From Mayamaea pseudoterrestris (Eukaryota), in assembly GCA_027923505.1 (NCBI GenBank), contig BROI01000027.1:124001-188000 (forward strand): a stretch of DNA of 64,000 bases. The letters are read 5' to 3'. Both the position numbers and the translations under genes were made by a program. The notes under the pieces are model-generated. The model did not search any database and was not told where the DNA came from. It worked only from the letters and a program-made list of their open reading frames with translations. This document shows, piece by piece, positions 33,734 to 44,602 of the stretch (the stretch's first letter is position 1; each line of letters starts with the position of its first letter).

Positions 33734-34807
33734 ATGGCGTTCATCCAAACCGTCACCAGCATTCCTGCCATTGGCAAAAAGTCAATCCTTTTATTCTGGG
33801 CGCCATGGCAGGAGGATTCGGCACCCGGCGGCGTCTGCGACTCGGTGTTGCAGGCCTTTGCCTCGTCGGACGTTTCGCTCCAAGTGGGCCGCGTGCAGGC
33901 GGAGGAATGCGCGCAAGTTTCCAAGCACTACCACATTACCTGCGTTCCAACCTTTGTCGTGATAGATGCGGGGGGAAATGTATTTGAAAAGATTGAGGGG
34001 AGTCAGGACTTGTCGCGGGTCACTCGAGCTGTGCAGAAGCTTTCGGAATTGGCGAATGAGCGCGAGGGTGCAGCGTTAGCTACTAGCACTCCTGTATCAA
34101 AGGAGGAGGAGGAAACGAAGAAAAAGGAGGATCTTCAGGAACGCCTTAAAAAACTAATCAATGCTCACAATGTCATGCTGTTTATCAAGGGAACGCCCGA
34201 CGAGCCGAAATGTGGCTTCTCCAAGCAGGCCGTGCAAATGCTTCAGGAGAATGAGATTGCTTTTGCATCCTTTGACATTCTTCAAGATGACGCCGTTCGT
34301 CAGGGACTCAAGGAACTGAGCGACTGGCCCACATATCCTCAGATCTATGTCAAGGGCGAACTCATGGGTGGTTTGGATATTTTGAAGGAAATGGCATCCG
34401 ACACGACGAGCTCGTTGCGCGAGCAATTAGGATTAGCAAACGATGATGCAGGTGCGACACCTGCCACTACCGAAAGTAGCAGCAGCAATGCACCTGCGTC
34501 TTCCAGCAATGACCATTTACACAAACTGGTTCGTCAGGAGCGAATCATGCTCTTCATGAAGGGTCTACCGTCGGCTCCCCAGTGCGGATTTTCGCGTCAA
34601 GTGGTGCAGCTGCTGGCGGATCATGACGTTCACGACTATGGAGCCTTTGACATTTTGTCCGACGAAAAAGTGCGTCAAGAACTCAAGGAGTATAGCGACT
34701 GGCCCACGTATCCGCAGCTGTATGTGAACGGCGAGTTGATCGGTGGTTTGGATATTATTCAGGAGCTGGCTGACGATGGAACGCTCAAGGAAACACTGTT
34801 GGGCTAA
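33734..34807 (+). CDS. Multidomain monothiol glutaredoxin (Trx plus two CGFS Grx domains; GRX3/PICOT type)
   Basis: N-terminal FWAPW Trx-like domain, PKCGFS and PQCGFS, and two copies of SDWPTYPQ...GGLDI. Confidence 0.95.
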   Translation: MAFIQTVTSIPAIGKKSILLFWAPWQEDSAPGGVCDSVLQAFASSDVSLQVGRVQAEECAQVSKHYHITCVPTFVVIDAGGNVFEKIEGSQDLSRVTRAVQKLSELANEREGAALATSTPVSKEEEETKKKEDLQERLKKLINAHNVMLFIKGTPDEPKCGFSKQAVQMLQENEIAFASFDILQDDAVRQGLKELSDWPTYPQIYVKGELMGGLDILKEMASDTTSSLREQLGLANDDAGATPATTESSSSNAPASSSNDHLHKLVRQERIMLFMKGLPSAPQCGFSRQVVQLLADHDVHDYGAFDILSDEKVRQELKEYSDWPTYPQLYVNGELIGGLDIIQELADDGTLKETLLG

Positions 34808-34954
34808 TTAGTTATGTATAAAAGTATACTGCAAAGTAACAAACTGACGTATATATTAACAAGTTAACTTACAAGATGGATAGCTGTTCGCAAATGCTGC
34901 TGGTGCTAGTGGCCAACGGCTGTAATACAGCCAACATCACTTGCTAGCCGCATG

Positions 34955-36054
34955 CTATGCAGCCGGAGGCATGAGACTTTGCATAATGGCATCGTATATT
35001 GCAAAAGTGACTGCATGATTGACAGCCGCTCGAAGTAGCTTTGGTGTGAGGCCGTCAAAGAAAGCGCCAATTCCGCCCTCATTGTAGAGCTTTCGACAGA
35101 CGGACCAAGAGCTGACATGCCCCTCCTCGCCGGCTGTGTTTTGAACCAACGTTTTCACACTATCAATGGGGTAAACTGGAATCCAACATGCCATGCCTGA
35201 TAGTGCACCAAAAACCATGGGCGAAAGCGGTCCAATATTAAATGTTTGTGAAAGCAGACCGTATGTATAAAAGTACAGCCCGTAGCTCGGTATTTCTCTC
35301 GCTAATGTTGGACCCAAACCGCGCCCGAGCAATCCCATAAAGCCTTCAGTTCGCAATATTGCTTCAATACACTCCCATTCATTCTTGTAAGTGTTGCTCG
35401 CCTGCATCATGACCTTGACTCTTTCTATCGGCGCGACTGCAAAGCTTGTCAACGCACCAGCAGTGCATGCAGCAATGAGAAGAATCAGTGTTTGGGATAA
35501 TTGAGGATAGTATAGAGACAAGAGGGAAATACCAAGCGTATTGAAGGAGAATGCCAATGCCTTGATGAGTGCCTGGCCAAGCATCATGCCTTTGACGCCG
35601 CCTGTAAAGAGAAAGATGACGGTGTGAGTTAGTGCGTTAGTGCATTCGAGCTTTCACGTCTTGCACGACGCATGCATGTCGACTCACCAAAGAAGCCACC
35701 TAGACCTTCCGTGTTCCATATCAATCGTATAGTTTGTATCATTCCGCTAGCTTCTGGTCCAAGTAGTTGCGCCTTGGTTTTTAACGTGTCCAAGGGAAAT
35801 GCAACGCCGACACCAATGGCACCAGCCACACTGCCGGCAAGCACCGATGCTGCAGCTGGTCCCACCAGAGACACTTGCGTAGAAGTAGCGCCACCTCGAG
35901 GTATGTAGAGAAACGAAGCATGGTCTGCTGCTCGAAGGTCTCGTCGACAAGGTGAGTCGATACTGATGCACCTCTTGGCGCTGCGTGTGGAATGGACTGT
36001 AAAGCCATGCGACGGCCTCAGTGAGCACAAGACAGCAATGAACAAACGCATCAT
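34955..36054 (-). CDS. Mitochondrial carrier family (SLC25) transporter with bipartite plastid-type presequence; intron 35602-35687
   Basis: Three Px[DE]xxK signatures (PLDTLKTKAQ, PIERVKVMMQ, PIDSVKTLVQ) and N-terminal MMRLFIAVLCSLRPSHG-F. Confidence 0.9.
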
Positions 36055-36688
36055 CCCTTCACCCAAGAACCGACAATGACAAGGTCCTCGAGGAATGATC
36101 GACGGTAGAGACTGTCACACGACGGAACATTCACCATGGTGGAAGGCTGACGACACTCGGACATCCAAACGTCATCGCGTCCGTTCGGTTCTGAAATGGA
36201 AGCCAAAGACTTCCCGATTCGAAGCAAGAAAGATGGTATGTACCGTATGACCCTTGCTTGAACTTGAGGTTCAAGCATGTCGTGAATACTCAATTATTGC
36301 ATAACCGTCGAGGAACATATTCTCCGCGCCGTGTGGAACATGCCAATGGAACGAGCAAGGCCAAAAACGACAGAGATAAACTTGGGGGCAATGCAAAACG
36401 TTGAATGAACGGGAAGCCTTCAAGCTGGCGATTGACCGTCACGAGAATGCAGCGAAGTCTATTGGAGGCAAATCAGGCTATTCGTGATGGATTGATACAT
36501 CTGCAAGCTGTCTTGCAACGAATTGGGCGACGACAGAGAACAGTCTTTATCACATTGAAGTACGGCTGGTATGGCCCCCTCCATTCACTGGATCGAAATA
36601 GATTCGGTTTGCGAAACTGCGCCTTCCGTATCGCCGTCCCTCACAATGTTAGCGTGATAGCAGTTGGAAGACGTTCCAAGGCCTCATC

Positions 36689-37909
36689 ATGTTCACACGA
36701 CCAGGAGCACCATCTAGCTCCGAGCTGCTCTCCCTGTTGCAGGAGCAGTCGAACAAGCAGGCATCATCAACTAGTAATGCTTCTGCAACACCGTCCTCGA
36801 GTCTGGACACGAGCATTCTCGCGCTGCTCCTTCGAAGTCAGCCACGGCTCGCCGAGACGCAATCGCAGCCGCAGCTACCATCACTACTGCCTTCCGTGAG
36901 GAACAATCCTCAGCAAAACACATTGCCTGGTTTGCTAACGCTTGCCGTCGGATACCATCAGCAGCAGCAGCTGGATCTCTTTCGGGAAGCGCAGCATGCC
37001 CGGTTTGCCTCCAACCCATTGTCGCAGCATTCTCAGCAAATGCTTCAGTCGGATCTTTACTATCGCCTCCTCGCTCAAGACGTTAGCAATGGCTTGGCGC
37101 GACAGCAGCAGCTGCAGCTAAACGACACGCAGTGCCAATTACCGTCAAAGACTACAGATTCACTACCAGCCATGATGGTTGTCGAGCAACCGCGCCAGCG
37201 CGATGACAATTTGCTTCACAAGCTCGGCACGACGCTTCCTCGCCGGTCCGATCCCTTCACCGACGTTTCCAAGATTCAAGGACCTCCGCCAACGGATGAA
37301 ACGTTTCGACGAAACAAGGGCGGCGTCAACGAAACGTTTCCGGAAAAGCTTCATCGCGTTTTAACCGAACTTGACGGAAAACACGCGCACATTGTTTCGT
37401 TTCTGGGACATGGTCGGGCCTTTGTTATTCACGATACAGCAAGGTTTGCCACGGAGCTCATGCCGCAGTACTTTTGTGGACAGGGCAAGTGGAGCTCCTT
37501 TGCAAGACAATTGCGGCTGTATGGCTTTCTCAGAATTCATGCTGGTCCAGATACCGGTGCCTACTATCATGCACTATGTAAGTGAATGTTTGTGGCAACA
37601 GTCGAGACATTACAATATCGCGTAATGATTGCTGACGTCTGTCTTCTCTTGTCACTCCTTTTTCATTCAGTTTTGAGAGGACGACCGGAACTATGCTCCT
37701 GCATGCGCCGCGTCGGCGCTCCGCAGGGACACGAGCAGAGCCGCAAGACGGCAATCAGCAAGAACAGCAACGCTTGTCACGCCAGCAAAACGTCAGACTC
37801 TGCATCCTTGGAATCGGCGACACATGTGCGCCTTTCGCGCAGCAACAGGGCATTGGCTGTCCGGGAGGGCGCCGCGCCAAATTTTTACGCCATGGATCCC
37901 TTGCCGTGA
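36689..37909 (+). CDS. Heat-shock-factor (HSF) DNA-binding domain transcription factor; intron 37578-37670
   Basis: FPEKLHRVL, IVSFLGHGRAFVIHD, SSFARQLRLYGF and YYHALFLRGRP (spliced), with a Gln/Ser-rich N-terminus. Start is uncertain. Confidence 0.92.
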
Positions 37910-38131
37910 AAGTGTAATTTGCTAGTTTATTAATTCATATGGTTTTTGATGGTTGATATCTACAGATACATAATATAAAAGATGCACCTGCTATCGTTTC
38001 ATTTATAGTAGCGAATGCTTACGTCGAACGTAATCCTATTGACTTCAGGTATTGCTTTCCAATATGTGTTGCAGCAAGATGCTGTAGGTACTTAGAGGAT
38101 ACACGTATGAACAGAGAGAAGACGCATCCTC

Positions 38132-39388
38132 CTATGCATGTGATTCAAAAAAGCGATTGACAAGCTCAATTGTATCGGAACCAACTGTCAAAGGCCAGCG
38201 GCTCGACCATATGGGGCGAGGCATTTGCTCATTCAAAATCTTTAGGAGGACGGCCGTTTTCAAGGATGTGTCTCCGCTGGCACGCAACTCCAACGGTAAA
38301 TGAGATTGACAATGTAAAATATTGTTCAACATGCGAATCATGATCTGGTAGGCTGCCAGTGGACGAAGAAACCTATCATCCCAAAGCACGCCATATGATT
38401 CCACGATGCGACGACAGTCGACCAAAGTCAAAACTTGGCCGCCATTTAATAAGTCGATATAATTGTTTCCAGGTATTCCAAGGACCACATGACCGGGAAG
38501 ACCAATCACATCAGCATGGACACCGACGCGGCGCAAGATGCATTTGTAGATGACAGCTAGAGTAATCGGAATGCCTTGTCGCGATTTTAAAACGTGCTCA
38601 ATTGATGAATTGCGTACGTGGTAGTAATCCGTTTCGTTGCCTGAAAATCTCCCAAAAAGGCCCGCAATTGCAACACTGGCGCGCTGCTCCGTTGATGTTG
38701 TTAAAACTTCATTCATATGTGACTGTAGTTCTGACCCGAGGTGATTAAGATTTCCCCGAATAGTGTCAATCTTATGCGCCGGTGTTTCCGTCAAATCGGA
38801 CGATGTCCACAAACTTTCACTAAGCAATATTGCTCCTTCCTCCAGCACCTCGGCATCTGTCCAATTCATCGGGTTCTCTACCATGACCTCATGAAAGCGG
38901 TCCGTGATTGTTTGAAAATGAATCGACCGAAACAATTCAACTACAATACAAGCCTCCTCCTTCGTTGACAGCCGAAACGGATTCAAAGAGGAAGATTCTT
39001 TTGCATAAACATTGTCTTTGACTCCTAAACTTCGCATTGCTTCCTCTAACAAAAAGTCGTACGACTTGTCGGCAGTCAGCGTCAGGTGCGATATATTATT
39101 AGTGTTTGCGGAAGACGACTTGATTTCAGAGTAGAGTTTGCTATCAGCTACATGCTGCTCCTCATATTTCTCTTTTGGATTCTCAACAATATAGAGCTCT
39201 GTAATCATTGAAGATACAGTCTTGTTCCATGTAAGCGGCCATCGTAATTCTCCCAGTCGATTCCACACTTCCGGGCGAGACGCGGCGCCATTCAAGGAGC
39301 GGCTCGTGCCCAAGAGACTCACAAGTGTCTGATACGAATCCACGTAGGAAACAATCTCGTCCAATATTTCCTCCGAAAAAGAGTCCAT
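38132..39388 (-). CDS. F-box protein with transglutaminase-like SirB1 domain (FBXO21-like)
   Basis: F-box-like start FSEEILDEIVSYV, then FSGNETDYY..NSSIEHVL..RQGIPITLAVIY, GLPGHVV and RMLNN. The longer ORF start runs through the 42-bp array and is not trusted. Confidence 0.82.
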   Translation of the reverse strand: MDSFSEEILDEIVSYVDSYQTLVSLLGTSRSLNGAASRPEVWNRLGELRWPLTWNKTVSSMITELYIVENPKEKYEEQHVADSKLYSEIKSSSANTNNISHLTLTADKSYDFLLEEAMRSLGVKDNVYAKESSSLNPFRLSTKEEACIVVELFRSIHFQTITDRFHEVMVENPMNWTDAEVLEEGAILLSESLWTSSDLTETPAHKIDTIRGNLNHLGSELQSHMNEVLTTSTEQRASVAIAGLFGRFSGNETDYYHVRNSSIEHVLKSRQGIPITLAVIYKCILRRVGVHADVIGLPGHVVLGIPGNNYIDLLNGGQVLTLVDCRRIVESYGVLWDDRFLRPLAAYQIMIRMLNNILHCQSHLPLELRASGDTSLKTAVLLKILNEQMPRPIWSSRWPLTVGSDTIELVNRFFESHA

Positions 39389-39500
39389 GGTGCGAATATA
39401 ATGCAATGTAACAGTAGCTAAGTGCGCCGTTGCTTTCCAATTCTTCATGGTCGAACGAGCTGCGAGCGATCGTGGCGTAATACTCAATGTCGCTGCATCT

Positions 39501-39676
39501 GCGTCACAGGGCAATAGTATGAAACGAGTGCCAGTGAAAACTACGTCATAAGGCAATATTGTGAAACGAGTGCCAGTGATAACAACGTCACAAGGCAATA
39601 CTACGAAACGAGTGCCAGTGAAAACTACGTCAGGAGGCAATATTAAGAAACAAGTGCCAGTGAAAACTACGTCACA
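39501..39676 (+). repeat. 42-bp tandem array A (4 units plus partial)
   Basis: Units start at 39501, 39543, 39585, 39627 and 39669. Consensus ACGTCA-NNR-GGCAATA-NTNN-GAAACRAGTGCCAGTG-AAAACT. Confidence 0.97.
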
Positions 39677-39791
39677 ATGCAACTTGAGGTGCGGTACCGC
39701 TACGATTAACCACGCCGGGTCGGTCTTGTGCGCGCGCGCTGGCGAGGCGCGTGGTCACGCAGTCGTTGGCGTTCATCGTCGCCTTCCCTCC

Positions 39792-41447
39792 ATGGTTCTT
39801 CGACGAAGTCATCCCTCGCCCGTCTTGCTTATTCTCATGGCGGCGTGGATCTCATTGCCAGTGTTCGTATCGTTGCTACTGTTGATTGTCATGGTATCGA
39901 TTGCGGCAGAAAAGATCGAGTACACTTTGGATGATTACAAGAATCGAAGCACGACGACAAGGACGACTGCAGCCGTTACTATTTGTTCCAAGCAGCTTCA
40001 TCATCATCCCCAAATGACAACGTCTTCCTCCATCAGCAGCAGCACGGATAGTAGTCGAAGCGATGGCGATGACGAAGATAGTATCAGTCCTGACAGCAAT
40101 AGCAAGAAGGAGCAACGCAAAACCAGCAAAGTACTGGCTGCCCTCTCGTTCGAACGCTTGCTTGGAAGTGGACGCAAGGAAAAGCCCAACGCCAAGAAGA
40201 GCCATTCACATTATAGTCGCCATTCACCAGAACGAAGCAGTCAGGAGCTATTTCCTCCAGCTAGTCTTCCAAATTCGCGGCAATATTCCTATCGAACAGC
40301 AGCAGCTCCTACAGTTTTGTTCGGGACGCTTGATCCGGACGACAACGAGGACGACGTATTCTTTGACGCGCAACAAAACGGCGACGCTTCCAAAGATTCC
40401 TTCAAAAGCGATTATGCGCGAGACTCTGTGCTACTACTGGCTAGCGTTGTTCCATCGTCGGCGGATAACGAGTCGATCGAAGTGTCCGTCGATGGAGTGA
40501 ATGATTGTGCGACAGCAAGCCGAAAAGATTCGCCAACTTGGATCAACTTGCGGGCTGGAGATTCGGTTTGCCATGGTAGTCATGTTGTGAATGGGGCTCC
40601 GCCGCCGCCTCCTCCGCCTACGCAGAAGCATCTACTACTCGCCGCCATTATTCCTTCACCTCCGGCGCCACCGGCGCAACTGCCGCTGCGCTTTCTACGA
40701 GCCGGCAAGGGCGATGCATCCGTCGGATATCAGCGCTACCAGGAAACCTTGGCGTGGCGTCGAGACAATGCCATTGACACGATTCTCCATCAACCTATGC
40801 CGGATTTTGCACTCATCAAGCAGCACTATCCTCATTTTTGTCATGGCACCGGCAAGCGTGGCGAGCCGTGCTTTTACGAGCAACCTCCCAAAACTAATTT
40901 AAAGGCGCTGCGAGAGGGCGGCGTGACGCTGGACAAGCTCCTTCGACACTACGCCATGGTTTCCGAGTATCAGTGGCAGTTTGTTTGTCGGGATGACTTG
41001 CAGCGAAGTATTTACATTATTGATTTGCAGGGAATTCGTATGGGTGACTTTGTCGGTGAAGTGGTTGATTTTGTCAAAAAGGCATCGGCACTATCGGCAA
41101 TGCATTATCCGGAGCGAGCAGGTAGCGTCTTTGTCATTAACGTTCCAAGCTGGTTTCGTTTCATTTGGTCGGTGGTCAAACCCTGGGTCGACGAATCGAC
41201 CCTGCAAAAGATTTTCATACTGCGCGGTGAAGCAGAGGTTCGCAACGCGCTCATGGAGCGCATTGAATTGGAGCACATTCCGACAGAGTATGGAGGCACT
41301 GGTGGAAGACTGGGCGAGTCACCGGAGGAAAAGACATTGTGGGAGTGGTCGCAGCATAATAACGCAATTGCGAATGGACAGCAGACTTGTGCTGGTGTGC
41401 AGGGAGGTTGCAGGTTTTGTACATGGTTGCCGCCAAGATCATACTAG
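39792..41447 (+). CDS. CRAL-TRIO/Sec14 lipid-transfer protein with N-terminal hydrophobic segment
   Basis: LPLRFLRA, TLAWRR, IYIIDLQGI, HYPERAGSVFVINVPSWF, VKPWVDESTLQKI and IPTEYGG. Start is uncertain (39792, 39837 or 40014). Confidence 0.9.
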   Translation: MVLRRSHPSPVLLILMAAWISLPVFVSLLLLIVMVSIAAEKIEYTLDDYKNRSTTTRTTAAVTICSKQLHHHPQMTTSSSISSSTDSSRSDGDDEDSISPDSNSKKEQRKTSKVLAALSFERLLGSGRKEKPNAKKSHSHYSRHSPERSSQELFPPASLPNSRQYSYRTAAAPTVLFGTLDPDDNEDDVFFDAQQNGDASKDSFKSDYARDSVLLLASVVPSSADNESIEVSVDGVNDCATASRKDSPTWINLRAGDSVCHGSHVVNGAPPPPPPPTQKHLLLAAIIPSPPAPPAQLPLRFLRAGKGDASVGYQRYQETLAWRRDNAIDTILHQPMPDFALIKQHYPHFCHGTGKRGEPCFYEQPPKTNLKALREGGVTLDKLLRHYAMVSEYQWQFVCRDDLQRSIYIIDLQGIRMGDFVGEVVDFVKKASALSAMHYPERAGSVFVINVPSWFRFIWSVVKPWVDESTLQKIFILRGEAEVRNALMERIELEHIPTEYGGTGGRLGESPEEKTLWEWSQHNNAIANGQQTCAGVQGGCRFCTWLPPRSY

Positions 41448-41652
41448 TAATGGTGAAACTGTCTATACAAAGGGAAGTGGCACTTGGCTTTTGCATTTAT
41501 AGATAGCAGCATGTTATTCTTCCTCCACAGTGTTGCGTATAGCAATTTTTGACTACAGCGACATCCTCTTTCAAGCTCATGATTAGCCAACCATAGTGCG
41601 CTTACAAAAGGCAGATAGTCGTTAGCTTAATCAATTCCCCCTCGATTGAGTT

Positions 41653-42501
41653 TCATTCTCGCTTAGCCTTTGGTAACTTGATGCTTTGAACATCGCTGTT
41701 GCTCAGCTTCTTCATGCGACCCTTGATGTTAATCGTCGTAATTTCAGCTTCGCGTCCGACCAGCCGGCCCTGTATGGTCTTGGGTTTTTGCGCCTTGTCA
41801 TCCATATACACAACAGAAACATCAAAGCCCTTGTATGAGTTGAATTGTCGAGCCGATAGACCGACGAGTTCATCGGATGCACCGGGTGTCGTGACTTCAA
41901 TCTCATGCGTTTCGGCAATGGAGGCGCCAAGTCCGTCGTCATTTAATGCGTCACTGACGGCTCGCGCTAGCATGGACAAGTCGACGATCTTGTTGCTGCT
42001 GCTAGATGAGTCATCGTAATCCATGTCAACGGCATCCAAATTATCGGCTTCATAGTCGTAATCCTCGCCATCCTCCGCCTCATCATACACGTCGGCGTCG
42101 TCGACTTTATCAAGATTCTCCATGTCATCGTCCGAATTGCCGTCGTCGTCGTCGTCTTCATCATATTCATCATAATATTCCTCGTTTGTAATTCCAACTT
42201 GCGTTTCGCCACTGACGGTAATGACAATTCGCCCCGGCTTCCACTTGATGTCAAGTTGGTCGACGCGAGCACCCACCATGAGCGCAGCGCGGGCAATGCA
42301 GTCGTTTCCATAGTCTTGATAGTTGGTGGGTAATGCAGCAAACAGTCTAGTCAAAGATTGAAAATGATGGTCTTTTGTGATGATATAGCTCGTCCTTGGC
42401 GATGGCCGATCGAAACGAGAAGGATAAGGTGCAAAGGAATCGACTGCGACAATCACCAGATGCAGAATTAATAGCGCCACGTCTATCCTTGACAGTCCCA
42501 T
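41653..42501 (-). CDS. rimP: Plastid ribosome maturation factor RimP-like
   Basis: Signal peptide ending VDS-FAP, then ARAVSDALND, HEIEVTTPG (RimP LEVSSPG), FNSYKGFDV and GRL, with an acidic insertion. Confidence 0.78.
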   Translation of the reverse strand: MGLSRIDVALLILHLVIVAVDSFAPYPSRFDRPSPRTSYIITKDHHFQSLTRLFAALPTNYQDYGNDCIARAALMVGARVDQLDIKWKPGRIVITVSGETQVGITNEEYYDEYDEDDDDDGNSDDDMENLDKVDDADVYDEAEDGEDYDYEADNLDAVDMDYDDSSSSSNKIVDLSMLARAVSDALNDDGLGASIAETHEIEVTTPGASDELVGLSARQFNSYKGFDVSVVYMDDKAQKPKTIQGRLVGREAEITTINIKGRMKKLSNSDVQSIKLPKAKRE

Positions 42502-42858
42502 TTCAAGCACTCGTTTTTTCGTCACTTGTCGCGAGTGTCGACGAATGATGATGGGTCTTGTGTCTTGTGGCTTGTGGATGTTGCTGACAGTGATGATGGT
42601 GGATGCCGTAAAATTCAAAAAGGTCGCAACGGTTTAGCTACCTGTCGTGAATGGCGGGAACCACATCAGACGCTGCGCTCGACCTGAAAGGTGATAGTAC
42701 CAATGCGCAAAGATACTCATTATAAGCACAGAGTTATGCTGGCTGAACTTCATGAGTCGCGTCTGCTTGATGGTATCTGCGCGGAGTGACGAGCTGGAAG
42801 ACCCATACCGATATTCCATTGCTCGAAGGTCATTACGTCTCTGGAGTTTCTAAAGCTT

Positions 42859-44274
42859 TCACGCAGTAGCTCCGCCGTCAGCAGTCCAGGTCAAAATTGA
42901 GTTGTAGCCCGCATGTCCAAAGTCGCCTTGCGCTAATATCATGGTGTGGTTGTTACCAAACTGTTCGACGACTTGTCCGCCGCAGCCGGGAATTCGAATG
43001 TTTTGTCGCACGACTTCAAAGGCCTTTTGGTCTCGTATCATTCCAGGTTTTGCACCGGCACGTTTTCCAACAAAGAGGAGATCATAGGCCGTGTCAATGG
43101 GAGGTACCCACGTCGCAGGGGGAGTGTCCCAATTATTTCCCCAAGGTGCCGGTTGATTTCCCAATCCGCAATATGTTCCCCTTGTCTGACTGTTCTGTAC
43201 GACGTAAATGTCGTGCAGACCATTCTGATCGACGTCAAGCAGCTCAAGACCTGGTGCCATATATCGGAGCTTTACCTCGTAGTACACATTCATGAAATCA
43301 AAGTACGGTGGTTGCCTTCTTCCACGAAAAATTCGCAGGTAATTGTTTGCTCGAATGTCCTGCGCAACGACAATCAAGTCAACGAAACCATCACTCGTGA
43401 CGTCGGCAATGCGAACGTCCTTCCATCCATACAAGTAGTATCGACTCCGACCGACAAACGTGGGCTCCGTCCAAGCACCATTGACGTCGTTTTGAAAATA
43501 AATTCCAGCCAATCCTTTTTCGTTGCACACAATTAAGTCATCAACACCATTTTTTGACACGTCAAAGGGCACGGCACAAACGGCGCTATAGTATTTGCGA
43601 AAGGGTCCAGCCACTTCGTTAAAGTAAGGCAAAACGTTAGCGTCTACATAGTCGTTTTGAAACATGCGGTGTGAGTTTGGCAGACCGTCCATGCGACGCA
43701 TTCCAAGCGTCCCAACGAAAATGAGCTCTTTTCCATCTGGTCCACGGAGCACTGTTGCAATCCGCGTGCGCATGGAAGGATACTTTTGCAGACCATGTCC
43801 TTCCAACATTTTTAGTATAGTGCCATCATTTTGCGTAAAGTAAAGTTCATTGTATCCAGTGCCCTTGCCCGAGTCTGCACCAACGACGCATATAATGTCG
43901 AGCAAGCCGTCATGGTTGACGTCCATGCCAACGCAGGCGTGACGGTCAATCCGCGGCGCATCGGAGTCCATCAGTGCCAATGCGTCAGTCTTGTCGAGCG
44001 CCACCGTTTCGCTCATCTTCCATGAACCATTTTCGTAGCAGTAGGGACTCTCGGTTGTGTTTTCCCATTGATGACCAGTCATCCAAAATGTGGGTGCATT
44101 GTTGCACCATGGGGAGCCATTCGCATAGGAAAGGCTTGCGACAACCTTTTCGGGCAAGTCTGAATCGACATATTGAACCTTTGGTTGGTACTTGGCGTAG
44201 TCGAGTGAAAGTGTAAATGATGGTAGAGCAGCAGCAGCGAGCAGTGCCACTGCTATATGCTGCTGTTTCTTCAT
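42859..44274 (-). CDS. Secreted FG-GAP/VCBS-repeat protein
   Basis: Signal peptide and Ca-binding repeats DVNHDGLLDI, DVSKNGVDDL, DVTSDGFVDL and DVDQNGLHDI. Confidence 0.82.
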   Translation of the reverse strand: MKKQQHIAVALLAAAALPSFTLSLDYAKYQPKVQYVDSDLPEKVVASLSYANGSPWCNNAPTFWMTGHQWENTTESPYCYENGSWKMSETVALDKTDALALMDSDAPRIDRHACVGMDVNHDGLLDIICVVGADSGKGTGYNELYFTQNDGTILKMLEGHGLQKYPSMRTRIATVLRGPDGKELIFVGTLGMRRMDGLPNSHRMFQNDYVDANVLPYFNEVAGPFRKYYSAVCAVPFDVSKNGVDDLIVCNEKGLAGIYFQNDVNGAWTEPTFVGRSRYYLYGWKDVRIADVTSDGFVDLIVVAQDIRANNYLRIFRGRRQPPYFDFMNVYYEVKLRYMAPGLELLDVDQNGLHDIYVVQNSQTRGTYCGLGNQPAPWGNNWDTPPATWVPPIDTAYDLLFVGKRAGAKPGMIRDQKAFEVVRQNIRIPGCGGQVVEQFGNNHTMILAQGDFGHAGYNSILTWTADGGATA

Positions 44275-44602
44275 GGATGCATGAGAAGACGACTCAATGA
44301 TGCACTGGCTGTGAAAGTTGAGTCGAGAGCCGAGTAGAAAACGTTTGCGCTGTACTTTTTTGATCAGTGAATATAAAGATTGAGACTTTTGGAGTGTCAT
44401 TTTTGTTGGAAAAGTCGGAGATGACCGAAAATGAGGATCATCGCCAAAGAAAGAATTGAGAACCGGAACGACCTAGATTAGTACCGGAGAGACGAGCGTG
44501 GTTTCGACAAAAGTCGCGATCCAATAAGAAGATCCTACACCATGATGTGATTGATGCGGCCAGCAATTCTGCTCAAGTTCATCTCAATCATCGGCATTCA
44601 TA

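Noticed and set aside
39501..39676. Hammerhead ribozyme or sigma-54 promoter in the repeat unit (GAAAC; TGGCAC...TTGC)
   Set aside because: There is no CTGANGA core, the TGGCAC-TTGC spacing is wrong, and the context is eukaryotic.
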